Shown: piece after piece, positions 35,727-47,369 of the stretch
Position numbering within the stretch: the first letter of the stretch is position 1
How the letters are laid out: every line of letters begins with the position of its first letter
IMG/VR virus record: IMGVR_UViG_2645727545_000002
Location: 72,329 to 136,328 of that record
DNA: 64,000 nucleotides
Strand: one strand, 5' to 3'
Source: a virus
Lineage: Duplodnaviria; Caudoviricetes
Position numbers and translations under genes: made by a program
Notes under the pieces: generated by a model
Database searches by the model: none
What the model saw: only the letters and a program-made list of their open reading frames with translations
Told to the model about the DNA's origin: nothing

Positions 35727-36674
35727 ATGGATAAAACATATTATGTTTATTGTCACACAAATAATATCAATGGTAAAAATATATAGGAATAACAGGATTA
35801 GAAAAACCTTTGTATAGATGGCATAAAGATGGTTCTGGATACTCCGGACAAGTATTTGGTAAAGCCATTGAAAAATATGGGTGGAATAATTTTAAACATG
35901 AAATATTATTTGAAGGACTTGCTTATGAAGATGCTTGTAAAAAAGAAAAAGACCTTATAAGAAAATATAAAAACCACAGATAGAAAATATGGATATAATA
36001 TATCTATAGGTGGAGACAATGGTGCTATTGGAGCATTTAATAATAGATTATCGAAAAAAGTTTATTTGTATGACATTGAAGGAAATTATATAAGAGAATT
36101 TCCTTCAATGATGGAAGCAGAAAGAATTACTGGAATTAATAATTCTGCTATATGTTCCTGCTGTAAAGGCAAAATTGCATACACAAAAGATTATAGATGG
36201 TCTTACGAAAAAGAAGATAAGTTAATTCCTATTGATAAAGAAAACCATTTTTTTAATACAGTAATAAAAGAACAATGCAAAGAAATTTTTCAGTATACTT
36301 TAGAAGGAAACTATATTCAAAAGTTTAATTCTTTATCCGAGGCATCGTTAAAGACAAATTCTGATTACAGACTTGTTTCTGCATGTTGTTTAGGTAAAAG
36401 AAATCAAGCAAATGGATACATTTGGGCATATCAATATTATAATTCGTTTGAAAATTTAAAAAACAGGGAAAACGATATAATTCCAAAAGGAAAACCAGTA
36501 ATTCAATATAGTAAAGATGGGATATTTATGAATGAATATAAATCTATTATGGATGCGGTTAGAAAAACAGGAGTATCAAAAGGAAAAATTTCACGTTGTT
36601 GTAACAATAAAGTATCTATTGTTGATAATAAATATAAATTTGTTTTTAAGGATAGTGAATTATGTGCATCTTAA
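35727..36674 (+). CDS. Free-standing GIY-YIG endonuclease with three NUMOD1/IENR1 repeats (frameshifts)
   Basis: YVYCHTN...YIGIT; repeated Y..G.YI..F.S..EA...CC.GK. Confidence 0.85.
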
Positions 36675-37016
36675 GTTTAAAAGTTAAATATCTATATCAA
36701 ACATTGTAGTTACTCAGAATTGAAAAACTAACGAGAGAGTTCAATCCGCGGCTCAGGATAAGCAGATTTACAGATTACCTATGTGGCAATCTACGCCAGT
36801 GCTCACGTACATGTTCCCACTTATTAAAGCGGAATCTGTCGTATGCACTAACATGTACAGGAGTTTCTATAGAATAAAAACTTGCCATACGTATCACCTG
36901 CCTTCCAAAATAAACTGCATCATCTTGGAGAACCGATATCCTAGAATGTGGAGAAATCCACGAAATAAATTATAAAAATTTACAAATTAGTTGATAGAAA
37001 AGGAGACATTTTAAAA

Positions 37017-37295
37017 ATGACAAGATCAGATTTAATTAAAACAATTGCAGAAAAAGTAGACGGAGTAACACAGGAAAAAGCAAAAGAGATTGTTGCTGTA
37101 ACTCTTGATTCAATTGCAGATGCACTTACCGCTGGAGATAAAGTACAGTTCGTCGGATTTGGAAGTTTTGAAGTAAGAGAAAGAGCTGGAAGAACTGGAC
37201 GAAATCCACAGGATGGAAGTGAAATTTATATTGAGCCATCTAAAAATGTAAAATTCAAAGCAGGAAAAGAATTAAAAGATAAAGTAAATGCTTAA
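37017..37295 (+). CDS. hup: HU family DNA-binding protein
   Basis: VQFVGFGSFEVRERAGRTGRNPQ...FKAGKELK. Confidence 0.95.
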   Translation: MTRSDLIKTIAEKVDGVTQEKAKEIVAVTLDSIADALTAGDKVQFVGFGSFEVRERAGRTGRNPQDGSEIYIEPSKNVKFKAGKELKDKVNA

Positions 37296-37313
37296 GATTG
37301 GCGGTGTATCTAT

Positions 37314-37946
37314 TTGAAAAAAGAAATGATTAAGAAAACATATGATAATATCTATGAATTATGTGAAGATGTTGTAGATACATATGATGTACTAGAATCA
37401 AACTACGACAATAATATTGTTTCTATTATTGCTAAATACGATGAGGCAAGTCTCATTGTTTCGGAATTATGTACAATGGACTTCTCCCTTTTTTCATGCG
37501 AATTACATGATCCGGAGTTTGCTGGATATACTGATGAATATTTGATTGAGATTATTGAAGATAAAATCTTTTGTAAGCCAGCAAAACGAAACGGTGAATA
37601 TATTTGTTCTGATAGTTCCATTGTGTATGTATTAGATGATTGCAACTCGAAAGCCCTCTCTAAATTTGAAGCAGACTATACATATGAAGTACATTTGTAT
37701 GATGAGAATGATGAAGATGATATGGAATATGATTGTGATGGATGTATCTTCTGTGATGAGTGCGACGAGTATGATGACCATGATGAGTATGGTTTTTTGT
37801 TGGATGATTGTGTAGATAACAAAGACATGCATGGATTTTCTGCCAGCAAGAGTGATGATTATGGTTATCACTCCGTATCATTTTATTCAACAGAGCGAGT
37901 TAATCATGATGATATGATGGATTTACTTCGTATTTTTGGATTATAA
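37314..37946 (+). CDS. Acidic hypothetical protein
   Basis: 210-aa ORF, Asp/Glu-rich, followed by a terminator. Confidence 0.7.
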   Translation: MKKEMIKKTYDNIYELCEDVVDTYDVLESNYDNNIVSIIAKYDEASLIVSELCTMDFSLFSCELHDPEFAGYTDEYLIEIIEDKIFCKPAKRNGEYICSDSSIVYVLDDCNSKALSKFEADYTYEVHLYDENDEDDMEYDCDGCIFCDECDEYDDHDEYGFLLDDCVDNKDMHGFSASKSDDYGYHSVSFYSTERVNHDDMMDLLRIFGL

Positions 37947-38181
37947 ATTTTCTGTTATATATGTACATTTCAAAGATCCGTAGGTGTCAAAACTTACGGG
38001 TCTATTTTTGTGTTCTCAGTTAGGAGAATAAGAATTAGAAACATCAGCGAAAGGAATGTGTCGGGTAAGCTCCGACCGCGCTGTATGTTCAATTGGTCAG
38101 ATGGAGAATCTGGTAAAGAGTTAAAGTAGGACGGTTAACACTCTCCTATCTCTACCTTCAATTAAAAATATTGGAGGAAAT

Positions 38182-38970
38182 ATGAACGAATTAAAAATTT
38201 TTGAGAATGAAGAATTTGGACAAGTAAGAACAATTTTGATTAACAACGAACCGTGGTTTGTTGGAAAAGATGTTGCATCAGCATTAGGATATTCAAATAC
38301 GAGAGATGCTCTTGCTACACATGTAATGAAAGAAGACAAGAATACCGTCGTGATTTCCGACGGAAAAAGAGGAAACCCAAATCAAGTTGTAATTAACGAA
38401 TCTGGTCTTTACGCTTTAATCTTTGGAAGCAAATTGGAATCAGCAAAATGTTTTAAACATTGGGTGACATCTGAAGTATTACCATCTATTAGAAAAACTG
38501 GTGGATACGTAGACAATGATGAATTATTTATAAATACATATTTACCATTTGCTGACGATGCTACGAAAATGTTGTTTTCGTCAACATTGGAAACTGTCAG
38601 AAAACAAAATGATTTAATTAAAAAACAAAATGATGAAATACTACATCAAAAAGAAGTTATAACAGGTCTTACAGACGATGTTGATATTTATAAAAAACGT
38701 TCAATTATAAATAGAATTTGTAAACGAAGACAAGGTAATTATGCAAATAGATATAAGGAATTATATAAATGTTTTAGAGAAAGTTATCATGTTGACTTAG
38801 AAGCAAGATGTGAAGGTTTTAACTTAAGACAGAATAAAAAGAAAGATAAACTCACAACAATTGCGTATGCGGAACAATTCGGATTTATTGATGATTTATT
38901 TGAATGTTGTGCGAAATTATATGAGACAGAAGTAAAAGAAGTTTTAAATCAAATGATTGAAGCTCAGTAA
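38182..38970 (+). CDS. BRO-N domain (antirepressor-like) protein
   Basis: FENEEFGQVR...PWFVGKDVA...INESGLY...WVTSEVLPSIRKTG. Confidence 0.9.
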   Translation: MNELKIFENEEFGQVRTILINNEPWFVGKDVASALGYSNTRDALATHVMKEDKNTVVISDGKRGNPNQVVINESGLYALIFGSKLESAKCFKHWVTSEVLPSIRKTGGYVDNDELFINTYLPFADDATKMLFSSTLETVRKQNDLIKKQNDEILHQKEVITGLTDDVDIYKKRSIINRICKRRQGNYANRYKELYKCFRESYHVDLEARCEGFNLRQNKKKDKLTTIAYAEQFGFIDDLFECCAKLYETEVKEVLNQMIEAQ

Positions 38971-39063
38971 ATATATATATGGTTTGTCAGTTTGACAAGT
39001 AAAGAGAATTGTAAACTAATCGTTCGTCTCTACCATAAAAATATCCAATAAACATTAAAGGAA

Positions 39064-40109
39064 GTGATTAAAATAGCACGAAGTACAGTTTATAATCAGA
39101 TTACTTCTTCTGAAAAATTAGAACAAGTAAACCCTGAAAATAAAGAATTAGGAGAAGATTGGTTAGAGTATTTGGAATCTATTGATCGCTCTCCTCAAAG
39201 CATTGTTGCGTATAGAAGTGACCTAAATATATTTTGGGTATGGAATTTACAATACAATAAAAATAAATTCTTTGCTGATTTAACAAAACGTGAAGTTGCA
39301 AAATTCCAGAATCATGCATTAAATACATGGGGCTGGAGTCCAAACAGAATCCGTAGAGTTAAATCATGTCTGTCATCTTTGTCAAATTACATTGAAAATG
39401 TTTTAGATGATGAAGAAGAATTTGAAAATTATAGAGGGATTATAAGAAAAATTGAAAACCCAGCTAAAGAAGTTGTTAGAGAAAAAACTATTTTATCTGA
39501 TGAACAAGTGGATTTCTTGTTGCAGGAATTAGTGAACAGAAAAGAATTCGAAAAAGCTTGCGCCGTTGCAATAGCAGCTTACTCTGGAATGCGAAAAGGT
39601 GAGTTGTTACAGATGAAAGTAGAATTCTTTAATGATGACCATTTTGTATATGATTCCATGTGGAAAACTGATAAAGTCAGGGCAAAAGGGTTCGGGAAAT
39701 TAGGACATCAATTAAATAAATTTGTATTATATGGAGCAAAACCTTATATAGATTCATGGTTAGAGTATAGAAAAGAAAATGGAATTGAATCTGAATGGAT
39801 GTTTGTATCATCTTATAGAGACGAAAACAATAATAAATGTTATAGGAAAAGAAAAAACTTGAGTGAATGGACATATGAATTTAGCGAAATTTTAAACGAA
39901 GATTTCTATTTTCATAGCCTGAGACATTTCACATGCACCAAACTACATCGCTTAAACTTGCCCTCACACGTTATTCAAGAATTTTTTGGTTGGCAAAGCG
40001 CAGAGATGTTAAAATCTACAATGATCTTACTGCTGAAGACGAATTTAGCAAATATTTTGATAAAGATGGAATTAAAGAGGTGACACAGGGTTATTTGTCT
40101 GATGTTTAA
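39064..40109 (+). CDS. Tyrosine recombinase (frameshift ~40010)
   Basis: YSGMRKGE, HSLRH, FFGW; catalytic Tyr in the shifted frame (IYNDL). Confidence 0.9.
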
Positions 40110-40197
40110 TTCCATATTTCCCATAATTTACCAGATCAATACTCTTCTATTCTGTGTTATACTGTTTCCGAGAATCATAGCACCGGAGGTTTATAGA

Positions 40198-40548
40198 ATG
40201 GAAAGACTGGTAAAAACAGGATACGTCAAAATGATTGCAATTGATGTTCATGATTTGGAATCAAAAATTGTAGATGAACGAAATACAAATTTTCTGTGTG
40301 ATATAGAAAATTTTCAAAATAAGTATTCTAGTATATCTACAGTAAAATGTGTGTATATACATATGGACGATAATTATGATATCACCTTCTTAGATTATAA
40401 GAAAGTTCATCCACATATACATCCATTTGATTATATGAGAGACATCGTCAAAAAGCATGATGGAAAGTTAATCAAGGGAAGTGATTATTTGCGGATCACA
40501 CACGAAGATGATTATGTAGAATTAATCGAAATAGATTTGAGAGATTAA
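40198..40548 (+). CDS. Hypothetical protein
   Basis: GGAGG RBS and ORF. Confidence 0.55.
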   Translation: MERLVKTGYVKMIAIDVHDLESKIVDERNTNFLCDIENFQNKYSSISTVKCVYIHMDDNYDITFLDYKKVHPHIHPFDYMRDIVKKHDGKLIKGSDYLRITHEDDYVELIEIDLRD

Positions 40549-40582
40549 TGGAGAGCTGTGCTGCTCTCCTATTTTTGTATTT

Positions 40583-40654
40583 GGCTCCATGGTCAAGAGG
40601 CTAAGACATCGCCCCTTCACGGAGGTAACACTGGTTCAATTCCAGTTGGAGTCA
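40583..40654 (+). tRNA. tRNA-Glu(TTC)
   Basis: GGCTCCA/TGGAGTC acceptor, CC-TTC-AC loop, GGTTCAATTCC. Confidence 0.8.
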
Positions 40655-40731
40655 TTATTATATTCCGGCTTTCAAAAGAAATGCCGGTTTCATATCGGCA
40701 GAAAATAGAAAAAAGAAAGCGAGGGAAAATA

Positions 40732-41649
40732 ATGGTAACATTACAGAAAATTGGTGGTGACATGAATCGTAATGTATTAGAGATTACTGGATTATCTACA
40801 GACGAAAAACCTGTTGAATTTATCGAAACAACATACATTACCAATGGAAGCACATATGAAGAAATTGATACTGGTACAGTGTATAAATATAACGAATCTG
40901 GCAAGAAATGGATAGAGCAACCTGCAATTGGTGGTTCAGGCGGAAATATTTCTCTTGATTATACTGCATTAACAAATAAGCCACAAATTTCCGGAATTGA
41001 ATTAACTGGAAATAAAACCTTGGATGATCTTGGTATTCAGAAAAAAGGTACTTATATTACAAAAGAAACTGATCCAACTGTACCGGCATGGGCGAAAACT
41101 GAAGCAAAACCGACATATACCGCAGACGAAGTTGGAGCCTTACCAAAAACTACGACTACACTTCCAAATCCTAAAAAGATTAAATTTACAGGTGCAGTAA
41201 CAGATGAGTATGACGGTTCTGTCGAAAAAACAATTAACATTCCGACAGGAAGTTCTTATACTCTTCCACAGGCAACTGATCAGGTTCTTGGTGGTGTGAA
41301 AGCAAAAGCAAAGACAAACGAAACCGTAGAAGTTGCAATTGATACTACAACAGGCAAATTATTCGTCCCGGCTTATCCAACTGGTGCAGGAGCTGAACTT
41401 GACAAAACACTTGCTGTGGAAGGAAAAGCTGCGGATGCAAAAGCTGTTGGAGATGCATTGAAAACTAAGATTGGATCCGATGCTCTTGCACCATATATGA
41501 AGACAGTTGATGCAGATAAAAAGTATGCATTAAAAACTGAATTACCACAAAAGGGAGTTGCTGTCGCAGACGCTGGAGATGCAGATGTAAAAGATAAACT
41601 TAATGCTTTGTTGGCAAGCCTCAGAACTGCTGGGATTATTGCTCAGTAA
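40732..41649 (+). CDS. Head-fibre / decoration-like structural protein
   Basis: DYTALTNKP, ETDPTVPAWAK, YTLPQAT..LGGVK, AADAKAVG modules and LNALLASLRTAGII C-terminus. Confidence 0.65.
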   Translation: MVTLQKIGGDMNRNVLEITGLSTDEKPVEFIETTYITNGSTYEEIDTGTVYKYNESGKKWIEQPAIGGSGGNISLDYTALTNKPQISGIELTGNKTLDDLGIQKKGTYITKETDPTVPAWAKTEAKPTYTADEVGALPKTTTTLPNPKKIKFTGAVTDEYDGSVEKTINIPTGSSYTLPQATDQVLGGVKAKAKTNETVEVAIDTTTGKLFVPAYPTGAGAELDKTLAVEGKAADAKAVGDALKTKIGSDALAPYMKTVDADKKYALKTELPQKGVAVADAGDADVKDKLNALLASLRTAGIIAQ

Positions 41650-41692
41650 ATATGTATAAAACAGGACGGCGCTACTGCCGTCCTATTATTAT

Positions 41693-41762
41693 GCTTGGAT
41701 AGTTTAATGGAAAAACGATTGACTTGTAATCAATTGTTCCCAGTTCAAATCTGGTCTGAGCT
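41693..41762 (+). tRNA. tRNA-Thr(TGT)
   Basis: ATTGA-CTTGTAA-TCAAT arm, GTTCAAAT. Confidence 0.7.
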
Positions 41763-41803
41763 TTTATTGATATATAAATTAGTTGAGAAAGAAGGGATAA
41801 ATT

Positions 41804-42843
41804 TTGTCAGAAGAAAAATCAACAAGAAGTCTAACGATAACAACACCAAAAGACACGACCTCTGTTAAAAAATACGATATTCCAAAACAGATGAACCAGA
41901 TTTTTATAAATGTACAGTTTGTGGGACACCGTATAAAAACTTAGATGGCAATTTTCCTGCATCTCAAAGCGAATTATACTCTGGATGGGATTATCATATT
42001 TCAACATGTAGAAAATGTCTTGACAGATTGTTTGAACATTATACCGAAGCTTATGGTGGAGATGAAGATATGGCAATACGTATAATTTGTCAAAAATATG
42101 ATATTTATTACGATGTAAGCCTATTAAACGCAAGTAGAAAAATTACAAAAACAAGATCTCGAATCCATAATTACATTTCGAAATCTAACTTACGACAGTA
42201 TGCGGGAAAAACTTTTGATACAACATTAGATGAAGAAAGAAAGGGCAATGTAATTGAAAACATTGATGATTTAAAAGAAAATAAATCAAAAATAAGAATA
42301 AAGACTGTAAAATTTTGGGGAACAGGTTTTACAGATGATGACTATGATTATTTGCAAGAGCAATATGACGATTGGACAAGTCGTCATGAGTGTAAAACTA
42401 AAACACAAGAAGAAGTATTTAAAAGAATTTGTTTCAAACAGCTAGAGATACTAAAAACCACTCGTGCAGGAAAAGATACAAAAGAACTTGATAAAACATT
42501 TCAAAATTATCTTGATACAGCTAATCTAAAACCATGTCAGAACACGAATGCATTATCAGATGCACAAACTCTTGGAACGTTAATCCAAAAATGGGAAAAT
42601 GAAAAACCTCTTCCGGATATTGATCCAGAATTAGAAGACGTAGATAAAATTGGATTATATATCGATGTATTTTTCAAAGGTCATTTAGCAAAAATGATGG
42701 GATTAAAAAATGGATTATCTAATTTGTATAATAAATTTATGAAAAAATATACCGTTGAAAAACCAGAATATAAAGATGACGAAAATAATGAAGCACTTTT
42801 TGATGCTATTTTCGGAAATGATGAGAAATTTGAGGATTTTTAA
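41804..42843 (+). CDS. Zinc-finger protein upstream of the terminase (possible small terminase; frameshift ~41870)
   Basis: CTVCG...CRKC; abuts the terminase start. Confidence 0.55.
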
Positions 42844-45630
42844 ATGGCTACATCGAGAAAAATGACAGAACAAGAAGTTGCAAATGAGAAAGCAGAAAGG
42901 TTAATGAACGGTGTTGCTTATTGGGCAGCTTTTTACAGAAAAAACCCACAACGTTTTTGTAAAGATTATTTAAATATAACTCTCAAATTATTCCAAAAGA
43001 TATTGCTATATGCAATGATGTGCAATAATTATTTTATGTATATTGCCTCTCGTGGACAGGGTTTGTAAAAATATCACGAGTGGAGGAAATAACAAATGAG
43101 TAAATATGTTTACAATAAAGATTATTTCGAAAAAAATTAACACATCAGAAAAAGCATATTGGCTAGGTTTTTTATATGCAGATGGATGTATTACAAGATT
43201 TTATAAGGGAGAAGTATTAAAATCTATGTCTTTAGAAATTACTTTAAAAGACGCAGATTGTGAACATCTTATTAAATTTAAAAACGCTTTAGAAAGTAAT
43301 ATTCCTATTCAACATAGAATTATTACCGGGAAATATAAAGCAGATAGAATAGTTGTTAATTGCACAAAAATATGTAATGATTTAATCAAATTAGGTTGTA
43401 CTCCGACTAAAAGTCTAACATTAGAATTTCCTAAAAAAGATATAATACCTCAAGATTTTATAAGAGACTTTATTAGAGGTTATTTTGATGGAGATGGTGG
43501 TGTATCTTATACTGAAGGTAAATATTATAATAATGCTAGAAAAAAATATTACAAACAGCATCACTATCGATGCTATTTTTGTGGAAACATACAATTTTTA
43601 ACTGAATTAAAAAAAATATTGAATTCTAATGGAATTAAAACATCTGATCTAAAAAAAGACAATAGAAGTAATGCAATTAATATTTATATATATGGAAGAG
43701 AAAATATAGAGAAATTTAAAAATTATATATATACAGAGGGGTGTGTGAACTTATCAAGAAAATTTGATAAGTTCTTTTTTATTTCCCACAATAGCGATCT
43801 TCATATAAATAGATAACGCCATGTTTAGCCCTGTCTAAATTGGGGAAAATCGGTGAAGACTAAATTTATTTAAAATATAAAATAAATATGTTAATACCGA
43901 GATAACTTAATAGATTTCGTAAGGCTATTAAGCATTGTAGAGAGTAGAGATTGAATAAATATAATATCTCCAAGAGTCCCCAACTACATTATTGTAGAAA
44001 ATGTACTCCAAGCTGAGTTGGAAATGACCAACTGATGAAAATGAAGGAAACTTCCAGAGCATAGGATAAAAAACCTATGGTTAATAACATACTGAAAACA
44101 TGGCTTACTGCTCTATTCTGCGTCGTTCGTTGCATATTATTCCCAGGAAGCAAGATATGCATTGCTTCTTCAACAAGACCACAGGCGAATCAAGTCCTTT
44201 TGAAAATAACCGATGATTTTTGTAAAAACTATGGATGGGGTTCAGATAATTTGAATAATGAAATAGGGTACAAATCAGTTGGTGCGAATAATGCGGTGAT
44301 TGAATTTAAAAATGGGTCATGGATAAGGGTTGTGACCGCATCTGACAGTGGACGAGGCGCACGTGCAAATATTCTAATTGTAGACGAATTTCGTATGGTT
44401 GATTTAAATGTTATTAATACTGTTCTTAGAAAATTCTTAACAGCTCCGCGCACCCCAGGATATTTAAATATAAAAAAATATTCTCATCTAACTGAGCGTA
44501 ATAAAAGAAATATTTATGTCCAGCGCATGGTATAAATCTCATTGGTCATTTGAAAAAGCGAAAGCATATGTCGTAAATTTTTTTAGATAATAGTAAAAAA
44601 TATTTTATTTGCGGACTACCGTATCAAATAGCAATCAAAGAAAATTTATTATCAAAAGAACAGGTTGAAGATGAATTTTCTGAGCAAGACTTTGATCAAA
44701 CATCTTTTGATATGGAGATGGGATGTTTATGGTTTGGTGATACGGACGGTTCGTTTTTTACATTTGATGATTTATCTAAATGTAGAAAAATAAAAACACC
44801 GATGGAGACACATTTTTTCAAAAATAAAAAAATACCAGACTTAGCCCTTAATGAAAAAAGAATTATGTCTGTAGATATTGCATTAATGGGTTCTAGTAAA
44901 TCAAAGAATAATGATGCAAGTTCAATTTTAATTAATAGTGCTCTTCCAACAGAAAGCAATGAGTACATTTCAAATATTGTATTCTTAGAAAATCATGAAG
45001 GACTTACAACTGACGAATTAGGAATTATTGTCATGAGATTGTTCTATAGGTATAAATGTACAGATTTGGTAATCGATACAAATGGAGCCGGTTTAGGTGT
45101 ATATGATTTTATTATAAAGAATCAGTTAGATCAAGAAACAGGTGATGTGTATAAAGCTCTTACTTGTTGTAATGATAAAGACATGGCAGAAAGATGTAAA
45201 GTCGAATCGGCAAATCCATGTATATGGTCGATAAAAGCCAATGCTGCTTTTAATAACGAGATGTGTGTTATGCTTCGTGCAGGAATACAAAATGGGAAGA
45301 TCAATCTTCTTGTATCAGAATTTGAAGCAGAGGAAATATTAAGAGACAAGATTAAGTCATATTCAAAGATGCAATCTTTTGAACAATTAAAATATAAAAC
45401 ACCATATATTCAAACAACATTGCTGATATATGAACTCATAAATTTACAGCATAAGATAGAAGGAACAAACAATTAAAATAAAGGAAAAATCTGGTATGAG
45501 AAAAGATAGATATAGTTCTTTGGGATATAATTATCACATATTAAGAACATTAGAAAAAAATCTTAACACAGATTCTTATTCTTCAGATTTTTCAAATTTT
45601 ACCCCATGTATTTCTTCTATATCATTTTAG
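42844..45630 (+). CDS. Terminase large subunit; exons 42844-43062 and 44095-45630 (frameshifts in exon 2)
   Basis: Spliced Walker A ASRGQG|KT, Walker B LIVDE, nuclease SVDIA, IDTNGAG and RKDRYSS. Confidence 0.9.
43063..44094 (+). ncRNA. Group I intron in the terminase gene
   Basis: P1 GACAGGGU/GCCCUGUC (43828-43835); P10 GCCAUGUUU/AAACAUGGC; P7 GAGUA/UACUC; terminal G at 44094. Confidence 0.9.
43096..43816 (+). CDS. Intron-encoded double-motif LAGLIDADG homing endonuclease
   Basis: [11 protein letters not shown] and [10 protein letters not shown]; GGAGG RBS before ATG 43096, with an A-run frameshift ~43135. Confidence 0.9.
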
Positions 45631-45645
45631 AAAGGACGGTGAATA

Positions 45646-47330
45646 ATGTCAGATAATATTAACGAATCACAAGTTGATGACATTAAAAACTATAAAATAT
45701 CTTTCGCATCAGATATTAAAGACAGCATCAGTTCTGACGATGAAACCGTCATTGTATCAGGATTTGATGTTCAGCTATCAGAACAAGAGACAAATTGGAT
45801 GCGCGACGCATTGCAGAGATTTGACAAAGGTGGAAGTCAATATTCTGTTGTGTTAAACGAAGAATCATCATCCGGAACAGCAAAAACCACAACATTAGAT
45901 GATATTGATGATTTAGCTTTTAACGCGCAAAGTGATATTTCAAAAATACAAAAAATAAATGCATTAGTACGGCAAGCATCAAATGAAGATGATATAATTG
46001 GAAAAGTTCATGAGGCTGTTGAATCAAACCTTAATTCTAACGTAAGAATATCTTTTGATACACTCCCATCAGACTATGACGAAGGAATAAAACTCGAAGC
46101 AGAATCAGAAATTGAACGTTTTCACAAAGAGATAAATGTAAATGACATCGTAACTATTGCAATTACTACAACATATGATGAAGGTAATTGTATACAATAC
46201 TTGAGATCAAAAAAATCTAAAGGTATTTATCATCATGTTGTTGATAGATATCCATTAGGAGTTGCTTTAATAAGCGACTATTCTATGAACACAATTCCTT
46301 ACGTGTTGATTGACACATCCGAGCTAACAAACAGACTGCAGAAAACAATGCTAAAAAGCAAAAAGAATAAACCTTTATTTTTCAAAAATACTGCAGAAGA
46401 GATCAAAAATAATTATCCAAAAGAAGTTACGAAAGCTTACACATCGAAAGAAAAATACGCCATTCTTGATGTTCAAAGGACTGGAGTAAATCGATTTGGC
46501 AATATGAATCGTAAATATGGAATTTCGCCAGTTTTTAAAGCGTTGAAGCCTAAAATTATGCTTGATACATTTGATAAAACAGACAATGTTAATGCTAAAG
46601 CAAAGGCAAAAAAAATAATTGCCCAATATCTAAAAAAAGAAGTTTTAGGACAGCGTGGCGAAAAAAAGGGACTTGAGGATATGCATATGCCCATGATTGC
46701 CTTGTACAGGCTTTTAAAAATAAAACTGTGCTGTATACTCCACCAGGCAGCGTTGAAAAGATTGAATATGTAGAACCAAAAGTAGAAATGACTAATACAG
46801 AAACGATTACACAATATAGGTCTAGGGTTACATCTGCATTAGGCATATCATTTTTGAACACTGACGGAAAACAAACTGTAAGCACAGCAAATATTTCTAT
46901 TAAACAACTCATGAAAACAATTAACAAAATTGCAGAAAGACAGGAAAAAATTTTGCAACGTTGGTATGAAGTTGTCTTATCTGAAGCAGGTATACCAATA
47001 GAGTATTGCCCTACTCCACATATTTTAGATTCAGAAATGTTAGAGTTTGAAATCAAAAAGGATCTTGTAGAATTCCTATTTTCAAAACTCAATTGCTCAT
47101 ATCAAACAGCGTATGAATTTCTTGGCATGGATTTTGATAATGAGGTTGTTCGTAGAAAATCCGAAAAAGAGAATGGTTATGATTTAATACTGACTCCTCA
47201 TCCAACTTCTTACAATACATCTGGCTCAGATGAAATTGGTGCAGGCCGACCAATGGGAGGAACAAACGAGGATAATGATGTGAATGAGGAAAAACAGGAA
47301 TATGATAAAAATTATCGAGAATCTAAATAG
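45646..47330 (+). CDS. Portal protein (frameshift ~46680)
   Basis: Position after the terminase, ~560 aa joined, YGISP motif, GRP in the tail. Confidence 0.7.
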
Positions 47331-47369
47331 TCAAATCTAACTTATATTTAAATATATGAAGGTGAAAAA

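Noticed and set aside
40558-40731. N-terminal extension of the 363-aa ORF
   Set aside because: Overlaps tRNA-Glu; the likely start is ATG 40732 after GAGGG
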